A stretch of 64,000 nt of DNA from Nitrospirota bacterium (GTDB lineage: Bacteria > Nitrospirota > UBA9217), in NCBI GenBank assembly GCA_963740085.1, contig CAVUCU010000001.1, positions 704,001 through 768,000 of the forward strand. Reading direction: 5' to 3'. Numbering within the stretch: the stretch's first letter is position 1; the number at the start of each line of letters is the position of its first letter. The translations under genes and the position numbers were made by a program. The notes below the pieces were generated by a model, which ran no database searches, had not been told where the DNA came from, and was given only the letters and a program-made list of their open reading frames with translations. Of the stretch, positions 52,767 to 62,446 are shown piece after piece.

Positions 52767-53411
52767 TCATTCCTTCCACCCGTGATTGCCGATAAGCGGA
52801 ACGAACACGCAGGGGATGCTCTGCTCGGTGGTGATGCCTTCCGCGGTCTTAACCACCGTGATTAGTCGCTGTCCATACCGATCGCCGACTGGTATCGCCA
52901 TCCTGCCGCCCTCTTTGAGCTGTTCCACAAGCGGCGCCGGAATATCGGGCGAACCTGCGGTCACGATGATCGCATCAAAAGGCGCCATCTCCTTCCAGCC
53001 ATACGTGCCGTCATAAACCTTTATCGCCACGCTTTTATACCCCAGCCGGTCGAGCGTAACCCTGGCCTTGTCCGCCAGTGTTTTGATGCGCTCCACGGTA
53101 TAGACCTTTTCGCACAACTCCGCAAGCACCGCCGCCTGATAGCCCGAGCCGGTCCCGATCTCGAGCACCCGCTCCGTTCCTTTGAGCCTGAGGGACTCGG
53201 TCATGAGCGCGACCATGTAGGGCTGGGACATTGTCTGGCCTTCGCCGAGCGGAAGCGCGTTGTCGGTGTATGCCATGCCGCGGATGGCCTCAGGCAGGAA
53301 CTCCTGTCGCGGTATCCTGCGCATGACCGCGAGAACGCGCTCGTCCTTTACCCCGCGGCCGACGATCTGCTCGTCCACCATCAAACTTCGTTCTTTTCCA
53401 TAATTTATCAC
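52767..53411 (-). CDS. pcm: Protein-L-isoaspartate O-methyltransferase
   Basis: QTMSQP, VLEIGTGSGYQAA, APFDAI, FVPL. Confidence 0.95.
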   Translation of the reverse strand: MINYGKERSLMVDEQIVGRGVKDERVLAVMRRIPRQEFLPEAIRGMAYTDNALPLGEGQTMSQPYMVALMTESLRLKGTERVLEIGTGSGYQAAVLAELCEKVYTVERIKTLADKARVTLDRLGYKSVAIKVYDGTYGWKEMAPFDAIIVTAGSPDIPAPLVEQLKEGGRMAIPVGDRYGQRLITVVKTAEGITTEQSIPCVFVPLIGNHGWKE

Positions 53412-54184
53412 TCGCTGCTCCTGTGCGATGCCGGTGGCGCATACGACATTGCCTCCATGGATTTCAGCTTGTCGAACGCGGAATAGTCAGTAAGGTCGAG
53501 GTGAAGCGGTGTGATGGAGATCATCTTTCGGTCAACCGCATCGAGGTCCGTGCCCTCCTCACGCTCCCAGTCCGGCTCGCCCCCTCCGATCCAGTAATAT
53601 TTTTTCCCTCGCGGGTCCACGCGTTCCACGGTCATCTGGTGATAAATGCGCTTTCCCAGCCGGGTGATGCGCGTGCCCGTCATTTCGGAGAGCGAAAGGT
53701 TCGGAACATTGATATTGAGAAGCGTACCCGCGGGAAGGCCCTGTTCAAAGATACGCCGGGCGGTACTGAGGGCCACTTCCGCTGCCTCGACAAAACGGAA
53801 ATCCTGGCGCCCGTTGAGCGAAATGGCAAAGGAAGGGATCCCGAGCAGGATGCCTTCGATGGCCCCCGCAACAGTCCCTGAATAGGTCACATCGTCACCC
53901 AGGTTCGGCCCCTTGTTGATACCGGAGACCACGAGCCGCGGTATCTCTTTGAGCAGGCCCTTGACCGCGATGTTCACGCAGTCCGTTGTCGTACCATTGA
54001 CGCTGTACATCGACTCCTTGATCTCTTCGATCAGAAGCGGCCGGTGAAGGGTCATGGAATGGCCTGCCGCGCTCCGTTCGCGGTCAGGGGCAACGATCAC
54101 CACCGAGTCAAGTTCCCGCAAATGCTTGGCAAGAAGCTGGATGCCGGGGGAGTATACGCCGTCGTCGTTCGTTACAAGGATCAT
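53408..54184 (-). CDS. surE: 5'/3'-nucleotidase SurE
   Basis: LVTNDDG, SGIN.GPN, YSGTV, ITPL. Confidence 0.95.
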   Translation of the reverse strand: MILVTNDDGVYSPGIQLLAKHLRELDSVVIVAPDRERSAAGHSMTLHRPLLIEEIKESMYSVNGTTTDCVNIAVKGLLKEIPRLVVSGINKGPNLGDDVTYSGTVAGAIEGILLGIPSFAISLNGRQDFRFVEAAEVALSTARRIFEQGLPAGTLLNINVPNLSLSEMTGTRITRLGKRIYHQMTVERVDPRGKKYYWIGGGEPDWEREEGTDLDAVDRKMISITPLHLDLTDYSAFDKLKSMEAMSYAPPASHRSSE

Positions 54185-54228
54185 GGTTAAACCTCTGTTT
54201 TGTCAAGCCTCTTGCAAAAGCCCATTTT

Positions 54229-54361
54229 GCATCATTCCGAACCCTTCACTTTGTCATTCTGAAGGAGCGAAGCGACTGAAGAATCACTCGTTCAGGGTAA
54301 ACTCCGTGAAGAATTTTTCATTCTCATAAAAACGAAGATTTCTCCCGTTGGTCGAAATGAC
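54229..54361. repeat. REP-like intergenic element
   Basis: GTCATTCTGAAGGAGCGAAGCGACTGAAGAATC ... GATTTCTCCCGTTGGTCGAAATGAC. Confidence 0.55.
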
Positions 54362-54534
54362 GGATTGGCATGTTTTAGACATTTGTAAGAGCCTCTATCT
54401 TGTCGATACGGCAAATGCAGCCTATGAGGTTTATACAATAAAAGACCGCGCAATGTAAAGCGGAAAGAGAGAACGGCGCTGTAAGAGTGGAAGTTCTTTG
54501 TCCGACTCGATCGACTTACCTAATCACAAAAAAG

Positions 54535-54566
54535 AAAAGCCCATAACTTTTTCAAGTTATGGGCTT
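54535..54566 (-). terminator. Terminator downstream of tRNA-Pro
   Basis: AAGCCCATAACTT...AAGTTATGGGCTT followed by a T-run on the minus strand. Confidence 0.7.
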
Positions 54567-54573
54567 ATATAAT

Positions 54574-54650
54574 TGGTCGGGGCGAGCCGATTCGAACGGC
54601 CGACCCCTTGCACCCCAAGCAAGTACGCTACCAGGCTGCGCCACGCCCCG
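54574..54650 (-). tRNA. tRNA-Pro (GGG)
   Basis: CGGGGCG acceptor stem, D-loop CCTGGTA, anticodon arm CTTGC-TTGGGGT-GCAAG, TTCGAAT, 3' CCA. Confidence 0.97.
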
Positions 54651-54660
54651 ACTTGTTACC

Positions 54661-54993
54661 TTATTTCAGTAATTCCAGTATCTCCCTCAGTTCCTTCTTT
54701 GCGGTCTCAACAGCCGACTCGAGAGCGTCCCGGTCTCCTTTGCTATTCAATTTCTTTCGGGCCCCGGCAATCGTAAAGCCATCTTTATAGAGCAATTGTT
54801 TGATGTGGAGAACAGCGTCTAAGTCTTTTTTAGTATAGAGACGCTGTCCCGATTTGCCCTTGTTCGGTTTGAGTTGAGGGAACTCGCTTTCCCAGTAGCG
54901 GAGTACGTACTGTTCCAGCCCGGAGAGGCGGCTTACTTCACCGATCCGGTAAAAGAGCTTACTCGACTGTTGTTGTTGGGGATTCGATGACAT
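54661..54993 (-). CDS. MerR-family transcriptional regulator
   Basis: [27 protein letters not shown]; conserved ihfA-merR-tRNA-Pro order. Confidence 0.92.
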   Translation of the reverse strand: MSSNPQQQQSSKLFYRIGEVSRLSGLEQYVLRYWESEFPQLKPNKGKSGQRLYTKKDLDAVLHIKQLLYKDGFTIAGARKKLNSKGDRDALESAVETAKKELREILELLK

Positions 54994-55255
54994 GCTCTTT
55001 GAAAATCATGCTGGGTCTGAAGCTGACAACGCTTCGCGGGGTGATCTCGATCTCCTGGCCGGTCTTCGGGTTGCGGCCTTTCCTCGATTTCTTTTTCCTG
55101 ACCACGAAGTTTCCAAACCCTGAAAGTTTCACCGTCTCCCCTTCTTTCAGGGTCTGCTTTATCATATCCAGAATCATCTCGACCAATTCTTCAGCATCCT
55201 GCTTCGGCAGGCCAACCTTATCAAAAACTTCTGAGATGATATCTGCTTTTGTCAT
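54959..55255 (-). CDS. ihfA: Integration host factor alpha
   Basis: [28 protein letters not shown]. Confidence 0.92.
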   Translation of the reverse strand: MTKADIISEVFDKVGLPKQDAEELVEMILDMIKQTLKEGETVKLSGFGNFVVRKKKSRKGRNPKTGQEIEITPRSVVSFRPSMIFKEHVIESPTTTVE

Positions 55256-55684
55256 ACAGACCTCCTCTTCGGCTCATAATATAGAAGATAAGCGCTTCAA
55301 AGTCAAGGGGAAATTCTTCTTTTTGCAGCCAAAAGTAACACCCCCTTGATCAGGGTTAATGGTGATCTGCTCAGGATATTTCAACTTATCAGGAGAAGGG
55401 AGGAAAGTGGAGGAATGGAGAAAAGGACTGCCGTTGTTTATTTTTGTGTTATTCATCCCCCTTTCGCTTCTTAATTCCCTATTTCTTCCTGAAATGTTTT
55501 CTTCTCTACTCAGCCAGTTACGATATATGACGCAAATCATACCACCTTGAATGCGTTTTGCGGTTTAATAAGTGCATTGTAGAACTATGCAGGCCGAACA
55601 GCCGAAAACCGATACGAATATATTTTATGATACACTGTATTTTATCCTGATCTCTCTTCGCACAAATGTTTTCCCTTGAATAGA

Positions 55685-55768
55685 CCCCTCACCCCAGCCC
55701 TCTCCCGCAAGGGGCGAGGGAGTTTTGCATCCTCTCCCCAAACAAGGGAGGGGACCGAGGTGAGAGGG
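55685..55768. repeat. Inverted pair of CCCCTCACCC...CCCTCTCCC...GGGGCGAGGG palindromes
   Basis: 55685-55722 and a degenerate inverted copy at 55730-55768. Confidence 0.75.
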
Positions 55769-55850
55769 AATTGCTTGCGGCCTTGGCCGCGCAATCATAT
55801 CAAGTTCTGAGGAAAAATAACACATACTAAAATAAAAGGAGGGATAGCGT

Positions 55851-57203
55851 ATGAAGCGAAAACAGGTGGCAATCTTAGTGGTGACTTTGGTGCTTGGCAT
55901 GGTTCTGGCATTATCTGCCGCACCAGGGGAAGCGGTAGCTGCAAAGGTAAAAGCATCAAAAGAAGGTCAGGCGTGCATAGGTTGTCACGAGGCGCAGTCT
56001 CCGGCGTTTGTCAAGGAATGGAAGCTGAGCACTCACGCGGCAAAGGGCGTTGACTGCTACACCTGCCACAGGGCGGAGAAGTCCGATCCTGACGCCATGG
56101 AGCACAACGGATACACGATCGCGATCCTCGTCACCCCCAAAGACTGCGGCAAATGCCATTTGAAGGAAGAAAAGGAGATGACCGAGAGCCACCATGCTAA
56201 AGCGGGGGACATCCTCAATTCCGCGGACAACTATCTCGGTGAGGTCGTGGGCGGACAGGAGGCCGTCGCCGTCGGCTGTCTTCAGTGCCACGGCGGCAAG
56301 GTCAAGGTGCTTGCAAACGGCAAGCTCGACACCAACAGCTGGCCGAACACCGGCATCGGCAGAATAAACCCCGACGGCTCCAAGGGGTCCTGCTCTGCCT
56401 GCCATGCACGCCACAATTTCTCAAAGGCGCAGGCACGGGAACCCCAAACCTGCGGCAAATGCCATCTCGGCCCTGACCATCCGCAGATGGAGGTATATCA
56501 GGAATCAAAGCACGGGATCCTGTACGAGGCCAACAAGGAGCGGATGAACATGCACAAGGACAAGTGGGTCGTGGGACAGGATTATTCCGCCGCCCCCACC
56601 TGTGCCACCTGCCATATGAGCGCCACACCGACCCAGGCCGTGACCCATGACGTGGGCGCCCGGATCAGCTGGACACTGCGGCCGCCTATTTCGAAGAAGA
56701 TGGAGAACGCGGACAAAAAACGTGCAGCCATGCAGGACGTCTGCAACAACTGTCACTCGTCGCCCTTCGTGGTGGGGTTCTACAACCAGTTCGATAATCT
56801 TGTCAATCTCTACGACGACAAATTCGCAAAGCCCGCAACCGCGATCAGGCAGGAACTGATGGACAAGGGGAAAATTTCGAAGGCGAATTTCGACGACAAG
56901 CTGGACTGGATCTACTGGGAGCTTTGGCATCATGAAGGCAGAAGGGCCCGTCACGGTGCAGCCATGTCCGGTCCCGACTATGCCTGGTGGCATGGAATCT
57001 ATGACGTGGCAAAGAACTTCTATACCGAGTTCCTCCCCGAAGTAAAGACCGTTGCCGGTCCGGAGCTCTATAACGAGATCGAGAAGAAATACCTCGAGTC
57101 CGATGTGCGGCACGAGTGGTACACCAAGGGAATGACCAAAGAGCAGCTTGAAAAGATCCAGAAGTTCTACAATGAGCGGTATGGCGGCGCGACCGCGAAA
57201 TAG
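55851..57203 (+). CDS. Octaheme cytochrome c, hydroxylamine oxidoreductase family
   Basis: Signal peptide; eight CxxCH motifs; CHLGPDHPQ.E.Y.ESKHG, APTCATCH, PDYAWWHG. Confidence 0.88.
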   Translation: MKRKQVAILVVTLVLGMVLALSAAPGEAVAAKVKASKEGQACIGCHEAQSPAFVKEWKLSTHAAKGVDCYTCHRAEKSDPDAMEHNGYTIAILVTPKDCGKCHLKEEKEMTESHHAKAGDILNSADNYLGEVVGGQEAVAVGCLQCHGGKVKVLANGKLDTNSWPNTGIGRINPDGSKGSCSACHARHNFSKAQAREPQTCGKCHLGPDHPQMEVYQESKHGILYEANKERMNMHKDKWVVGQDYSAAPTCATCHMSATPTQAVTHDVGARISWTLRPPISKKMENADKKRAAMQDVCNNCHSSPFVVGFYNQFDNLVNLYDDKFAKPATAIRQELMDKGKISKANFDDKLDWIYWELWHHEGRRARHGAAMSGPDYAWWHGIYDVAKNFYTEFLPEVKTVAGPELYNEIEKKYLESDVRHEWYTKGMTKEQLEKIQKFYNERYGGATAK

Positions 57204-57214
57204 ATCGCTCTCCG

Positions 57215-57242
57215 GCGGGGCAGCGATGCCCCGCTTTTTTTA
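57215..57242 (+). terminator. Intrinsic terminator after the octaheme cytochrome gene
   Basis: GCGGGGCA-GCGA-TGCCCCGC-T7. Confidence 0.8.
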
Positions 57243-57358
57243 TTCGACATGATAACGGGTGAAAGCACCCTCAACGTTCCCGAACCGCAACGATACCCTT
57301 TTCCGCGAGTGTTCTCGTCAAGCCTTCGGTATGACTCTCTTAACTCGACTCTCTTAAC

Positions 57359-57386
57359 TTGACTTTCCACGCCCCTGTGATATTCT
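57359..57386 (+). promoter_or_regulatory. Candidate nuo promoter (extended -10)
   Basis: TTGACT-16-TATTCT with TG; -10 ends 6 nt before the nuoA ATG. Confidence 0.5.
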
Positions 57387-57392
57387 CATACC

Positions 57393-57812
57393 ATGACACC
57401 GCAAGCGATTGATTCAACCGCACTCTGGCCCCTGGGAGTATATTTTTTCGCAGTTGCTGCCATCGTCGCGATCATGCTTTCCCTCTCGTTCGTCCTTGGT
57501 GAACGGCACCGGGAAAAGCAGACCGGTCAGACCTATGAGTCGGGGATCGTGTCCACCGGCACGGCACGCGTGCGCTTCGACATCAAATTTTATCTCATCG
57601 CCATGTTCTTCGTCATCTTCGACCTTGAAGCGGTCTTCATCTTCGCCTGGGCCGTATCCATCAAAGAGAACGGCTGGCAGGGTTATGGAGAGATGATGGT
57701 TTTCATCGGGATCCTGACCGCCACGCTCGTCTACCTCTGGCGGGTCGGCGCGCTGGAATGGGGGGCGTTTACCAAACACCGTACAGTGTACCGAATCCGA
57801 AGTACAAAGTAG
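57393..57812 (+). CDS. nuoA: NADH-quinone oxidoreductase subunit A
   Basis: YESG, FYLIAMFFVIFDLE, GALEW. Confidence 0.95.
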   Translation: MTPQAIDSTALWPLGVYFFAVAAIVAIMLSLSFVLGERHREKQTGQTYESGIVSTGTARVRFDIKFYLIAMFFVIFDLEAVFIFAWAVSIKENGWQGYGEMMVFIGILTATLVYLWRVGALEWGAFTKHRTVYRIRSTK

Positions 57813-57856
57813 AGAACCTCAAATGCTCCATGCGCCGCACTCTGAACTTTTAATTT

Positions 57857-58471
57857 ATGAACTATTCTATAAATAAGCCGGACCGCGATTCCGCAGAAGA
57901 CGCCATGCGGCAAAGCCTGGTACTGACGACGATGCAGGACCTGCTCGCCTGGGGGCGGAAAAACTCCATCTGGCCTTTCAACTTCGGACTCTCCTGCTGC
58001 TTCGTAGAAATGGCCACGAGTCTTACGAGCAAATATGATATCGCGCGCTTCGGCGCGGAGGTGATACGCGGCACGCCGCGCGAGGCGGACACGATGGTTG
58101 TTGCGGGCACGGTGTTCATCAAGGTGGCGCCGATCATCAAGCGGCTCTACGAACAGATGATGGCGCCGCGGTGGGTCATCTCCATGGGTTCCTGCGCCAA
58201 CTCCGGCGGCATGTACGACATCTATAGCGTGGTGCAGGGCGTGGACAAGTTCCTTCCGGTCGACGTGTACGTGCCCGGCTGCCCTCCCCGTCCGGACGCC
58301 TTCATGGAAGGCCTGCTGATGCTTCGGGAACAGGTCGGCCGTGAGCGGAGACCGTTGAGCTGGGTCGCGGGACCGCAGGATATCGTACAGCCGGAGAAAG
58401 CGTGCATGCGGGATCTGAAGCGGGACGAGCGGAAGAAGGTCACGGTCCTGAGATCGCCGGACGAGGTGTAA
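57857..58471 (+). CDS. nuoB: NADH-quinone oxidoreductase subunit B
   Basis: [27 protein letters not shown]. Confidence 0.96.
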   Translation: MNYSINKPDRDSAEDAMRQSLVLTTMQDLLAWGRKNSIWPFNFGLSCCFVEMATSLTSKYDIARFGAEVIRGTPREADTMVVAGTVFIKVAPIIKRLYEQMMAPRWVISMGSCANSGGMYDIYSVVQGVDKFLPVDVYVPGCPPRPDAFMEGLLMLREQVGRERRPLSWVAGPQDIVQPEKACMRDLKRDERKKVTVLRSPDEV

Positions 58472-58479
58472 ATCACTTT

Positions 58480-58585
58480 TAGACACAGATTTTCACTGAT
58501 CTTGTATGATAAGTCCTTAGATCAATTCTATCCTCTGTCTCAATATGCTTCAATCATAGCTGTTCTCAGTGTGAATCAGTGTCAA
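58480..58585. mobile_element. Gene-less copy of the GxxExxY-flanking element (MITE-like)
   Basis: TAGACACAGATTTTCACTGAT..TATGATAA ... AATCATA..TCAGTGTGAATCAGTGTCAA matches both flanks at 62447-62885. Confidence 0.7.
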
Positions 58586-58601
58586 TGCCTTTGCCTTTAT
58601 T

Positions 58602-60347
58602 ATGGACAATAATTCTATCATCAGCGACCTCAAAACCGTCTTCGGCGACGCAATCTTCGCCGAACAGTCCACGCGCGATGAGATCCCTACGCTCTGGGTG
58701 ACCGGCGACCGGGCCAACGACGTACTCGGTCATCTCAAGACCGGCGTCGATCGTCCCTATAAGATGCTGTACGACCTCACGGCCATTGACGAGCGCGTGC
58801 GCAATCATCGTCAGGACCAGCCTGCGAGCGATTTTACCGTCGTGTACCATCTCCTCTCGTATGAGCGGAATAATGATATCCGCATCAAAGTGCCGCTCAA
58901 GGAAGCCTCCGCAGCACTCCCTACGATCACCAACCTCTGGCAGTCGGCGAACTGGTACGAGCGCGAGGTATGGGACCTCTTCGGCATCAAGTTCGACGGC
59001 CATCCGCATTTGAAGAGGATCCTGATGCCGATGACCTGGAAAGGACATCCCCTTCGCAAGGACCATCCTGCACGGGCTACCGAGATGGGCCCGTTCCAGT
59101 TGTCCGATGAAAAGGAAGAGAAAGAACAAGCCGTGCTCAAGTTCAAACCCGAAGACTGGGGAATGCGCCGGGAGGCGGCAGACTCGGACTTCATGTTCCT
59201 GAATCTCGGTCCCCAGCATCCCGGCACCCACGGTCTTCTCCGCTTCATTCTCCAGCTCGACGGCGAGGAGATCGCCGACTCCGTGCTGGACATCGGCTAT
59301 CACCACCGCGGCGCCGAAAAAATGGCCGAGCGCCAGTCCTGGCACACCTACATCCCCTATACCGACCGCATCGACTACTTCGGCGGCGTGATGAACAACA
59401 TGGCCTATTGCCTCGCGGTGGAGAAGCTCGCGGGCATCGAGGTGCCTGACCGGGCCAAAACCATCCGCGTAATGATGTCCGAGCTCTTCCGCATCGCGAG
59501 CCACCTTGTGTGGTACGGCACCTTTGCCCAGGACGTGGGAGCGCTGTCGCCGGTGTTCTATATGTTCACGGACCGCGAGCGTGTCTTCGATATCGTCGAA
59601 GCGATCTGCGGAGGCCGCATGCATCCTGAGTGGTTCCGGATCGGCGGCGTGGCCCAGGACCTGCCGCGGGGATGGGACGGGCTGGTGCGCGACTTTTTGA
59701 AGTACCTGCCGCCGCGGCTCAGGGAATACGACACCATCGTAATGCAGAACAGAATCTTCAAGGCCCGCACCAAGGGCATCGGCGTCTACACGAAGGATGA
59801 GGCCATCGACTGGGGCGTGACGGGACCCGGTCTTCGCGCCTGCGGATATGAGTGGGACTTTAGAAAAAAACGACCCTACTCGGGTTATGAGAACTTCGAG
59901 TTCGACATCCCCACGGCAACCCATGGCGACTGCTACGACCGCGGCGTGGTGCGCGTCGAGGAGATCCGTCAGAGCCTGCGCATCATCGGACAGTGCGTGG
60001 ACAACATGCCTTCAGGAGCTTATAAGTCGGACCATCCTCTCACGACGCCGCCGCGAAAAGAACGCACCATGCACGACATCGAGACGCTCATCACCCACTT
60101 CCTCGGCGTCAGCTGGGGCCCGGTGATCCCGGCCGGCGAGGCGTTCATGGGCATCGAGGCGACGAAAGGCAACAACGGATACTATCTCATCAGTGACGGC
60201 AATACGATGTCCTACCGCACGCGCATCAGGACCCCTTCGTTCGCGCACCTGCAGATGGTGCCGAAGATCAGCAAGGGATTGATGATCGCAGACCTGCTGG
60301 CGATCATCGGGAGCGTTGATTATATTCTGGCGGACCTGGACCGGTAA
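58602..60347 (+). CDS. nuoCD: NADH-quinone oxidoreductase subunit C/D (fused)
   Basis: [36 protein letters not shown] end. Confidence 0.96.
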   Translation: MDNNSIISDLKTVFGDAIFAEQSTRDEIPTLWVTGDRANDVLGHLKTGVDRPYKMLYDLTAIDERVRNHRQDQPASDFTVVYHLLSYERNNDIRIKVPLKEASAALPTITNLWQSANWYEREVWDLFGIKFDGHPHLKRILMPMTWKGHPLRKDHPARATEMGPFQLSDEKEEKEQAVLKFKPEDWGMRREAADSDFMFLNLGPQHPGTHGLLRFILQLDGEEIADSVLDIGYHHRGAEKMAERQSWHTYIPYTDRIDYFGGVMNNMAYCLAVEKLAGIEVPDRAKTIRVMMSELFRIASHLVWYGTFAQDVGALSPVFYMFTDRERVFDIVEAICGGRMHPEWFRIGGVAQDLPRGWDGLVRDFLKYLPPRLREYDTIVMQNRIFKARTKGIGVYTKDEAIDWGVTGPGLRACGYEWDFRKKRPYSGYENFEFDIPTATHGDCYDRGVVRVEEIRQSLRIIGQCVDNMPSGAYKSDHPLTTPPRKERTMHDIETLITHFLGVSWGPVIPAGEAFMGIEATKGNNGYYLISDGNTMSYRTRIRTPSFAHLQMVPKISKGLMIADLLAIIGSVDYILADLDR

Positions 60348-60353
60348 AATAAT

Positions 60354-60818
60354 ATGTTATCTGAAAAAGAAATACAGGAGATAGACGCTGAACTGGCACA
60401 CTGCGTTACGAAGCAATCGGCATCCGTCGAGGCATTGAACATCGTGCAGCGCCGTCGCGGCTGGGTGTCGGATGACGCGATGAAAGGCGTCGCCGCCATG
60501 CTCGACATGACCGCTGACGAGCTTGACGCCGTCGCTACGTTCTACAGTTTTATCTTCAGAAAACCCGTGGGCAGGCATGTTATCCTTGTGTGCGACAGCA
60601 TCTCCTGCTGGGTCATGGGGTACAATCCATTACTTGCTAGTATAATGAAGAAACTTGGCGTCGGATTCGGGGAAACTACCCGGGACAAAAGATTCACGCT
60701 CCTCCCCATCTCCTGCCTCGGCGCCTGCGATCGCGCTCCGGCCATGATGGTGGATGAGGACTTGTACGGGCCGGTGACGCCGGAGATGATGGATGAGATA
60801 CTGGAAAGATACAAATAA
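60354..60818 (+). CDS. nuoE: NADH-quinone oxidoreductase subunit E
   Basis: VATFY, CDSISC, CLGACDRAP. Confidence 0.95.
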   Translation: MLSEKEIQEIDAELAHCVTKQSASVEALNIVQRRRGWVSDDAMKGVAAMLDMTADELDAVATFYSFIFRKPVGRHVILVCDSISCWVMGYNPLLASIMKKLGVGFGETTRDKRFTLLPISCLGACDRAPAMMVDEDLYGPVTPEMMDEILERYK

Positions 60819-60830
60819 ATCTTGGACACA

Positions 60831-61160
60831 AACCTCTGGCACGGAATTACACGGATGCACAGCTATGATACAGGCGGATTAAATCCTTGGATTTAGTCAG
60901 TGAAAATCATAGCCGTTATCCGCTTCTTCAGTGTCAAAGACTTGAAACCCTGGACACGGATTTAGACTGATAAAGACTATGATCGAAGCTGATCAACTCT
61001 CTGGTTTTATCAGTGCAAATCTCAGACGTTATCCGCTTCTTCAGTGTCAAAGACTCTAAACCTTGGGCACGGATTTACACAGATAAAGGCTATGATAAAT
61101 ACCGATTAAGTCTCGGCCTCATCAGTAAATCATAGCAGTTATCCGCTTCTTCAGTGTCAA
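60831..61160. repeat. Three tandem ~110-bp copies of the GxxExxY-flank element, each ending in an identical 23-mer
   Basis: GTTATCCGCTTCTTCAGTGTCAA at 60915, 61028 and 61138; intervening sequences are mutually homologous. Confidence 0.9.
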
Positions 61161-61171
61161 GGATGTTAAAT

Positions 61172-62443
61172 ATGGAACGACCGCTCACAAAAAACATCCA
61201 TCTCAACCGGGAACCGCTCCCTCTGAAAGAGTATGAGAAAGCCGGCGGCTACCGGTCCGTGCGCAAGGCGCTTGATATGTCGCCGCAGGACGTTCAGAAC
61301 ATCATCAAGACATCCGCTCTTCGCGGCCGTGGCGGGGCCGGCTTCCCTACCGGCGCGAAGTGGAGTTTTGTGCCGATGGGCAAAGATGCGCCCCATCCAA
61401 AATACCTCATCGTGAATGCCGACGAGATGGAGCCGGGTACATTCAAGGACAGGCTGCTCCTTGAAGGCGATCCCCACCAGATCATTGAGGGCGCGATCAA
61501 CAGCGCATATGCAATCGAAGCCGAACAGGCATTCATCTTCATCCGCTGGGCGTATAAGGGCGCGGTACAGCGAATGCAGCGGGCGATTTCCGAGGCCTAT
61601 AAAAATAAGTATCTCGGCAGGAACATCCTCGGTTCCGGATACAACCTCGACCTCCGCATCCATGCGAGCGCGGGCCGCTACATCTGCGGCGAAGAGACCG
61701 CGCTCCTGAACGCGCTGGAAGGGAAGCGCGCTGTTCCGAGAGCAAAACCGCCTTTCCCGCAGGTCTGCGGCCTCTTCGGCAGGCCCACCATCGTGAACAA
61801 CGCCGAAACGATCGCGAACATTCCGCACATCGTGAACAATGGACCTGACTGGTTCAAAGGTTTGAGCAAGAGCACAGATGGCGGGACCAAACTCTACGGC
61901 GTGAGCGGCAGGGTCAAAAGACCGGGTCTCTGGGAACTGCCCATGGGAGTGACCATCCGGGAACTTCTCGAGGAACATGCGGGCGGGATGCAGAATGGAT
62001 ACACATTCCGTGGTGTGATACCCGGCGGCGCGTCAACGGATTTTCTGGTAAAAGATCATCTTGATGTGAAGATGGACTTCGACTCGATCATGAAGGCCGG
62101 CAGCAGGATGGGCACGGGGACCATGATCGTGCTCGATGACAAGACCTGCCCCGTGGGATTCGTCCATAATCTGATAAAATTCTTCAGCCTCGAATCCTGC
62201 GGCTGGTGCACCCCCTGCCGCGATGGTCTTCCCTGGACGGAAAAGATCCTGCGCGCCCTCGAGGAAGGCAAAAGCGAGCCCGGCGACATCGAACGCCTTG
62301 CACTCCATTGCAAACTGCTTGGTCCGGGCAGCACCTTCTGCGCCCTGGCCCCCGGCGCCGTCGAGCCGCTCCAGAGCGCGATAAAATATTTCAGGGAAGA
62401 CTTCGAGAGACATATAACAGAAAAAAAATGCCCGTGGAGTTAA
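61172..62443 (+). CDS. nuoF: NADH-quinone oxidoreductase subunit F
   Basis: GRGGAGFPTG, NADEMEPG, YICGEETAL, ESCGWCTPCR. Confidence 0.96.
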   Translation: MERPLTKNIHLNREPLPLKEYEKAGGYRSVRKALDMSPQDVQNIIKTSALRGRGGAGFPTGAKWSFVPMGKDAPHPKYLIVNADEMEPGTFKDRLLLEGDPHQIIEGAINSAYAIEAEQAFIFIRWAYKGAVQRMQRAISEAYKNKYLGRNILGSGYNLDLRIHASAGRYICGEETALLNALEGKRAVPRAKPPFPQVCGLFGRPTIVNNAETIANIPHIVNNGPDWFKGLSKSTDGGTKLYGVSGRVKRPGLWELPMGVTIRELLEEHAGGMQNGYTFRGVIPGGASTDFLVKDHLDVKMDFDSIMKAGSRMGTGTMIVLDDKTCPVGFVHNLIKFFSLESCGWCTPCRDGLPWTEKILRALEEGKSEPGDIERLALHCKLLGPGSTFCALAPGAVEPLQSAIKYFREDFERHITEKKCPWS

Positions 62444-62446
62444 ATC

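Noticed and set aside
54185-54650. Integrative element at tRNA-Pro
   Set aside because: No integrase and no duplicated tRNA 3' end seen; the conserved merR-tRNA-surE order is intact
55274-55900. Short ORFs in the AT-rich gap upstream of ihfA
   Set aside because: Low-complexity translations of palindromic repeats with non-host codon usage
60915-61160. CRISPR array (three identical 23-bp repeats)
   Set aside because: Spacers are 87-90 bp and homologous to each other, no cas genes are present, and the units match the GxxExxY flanks
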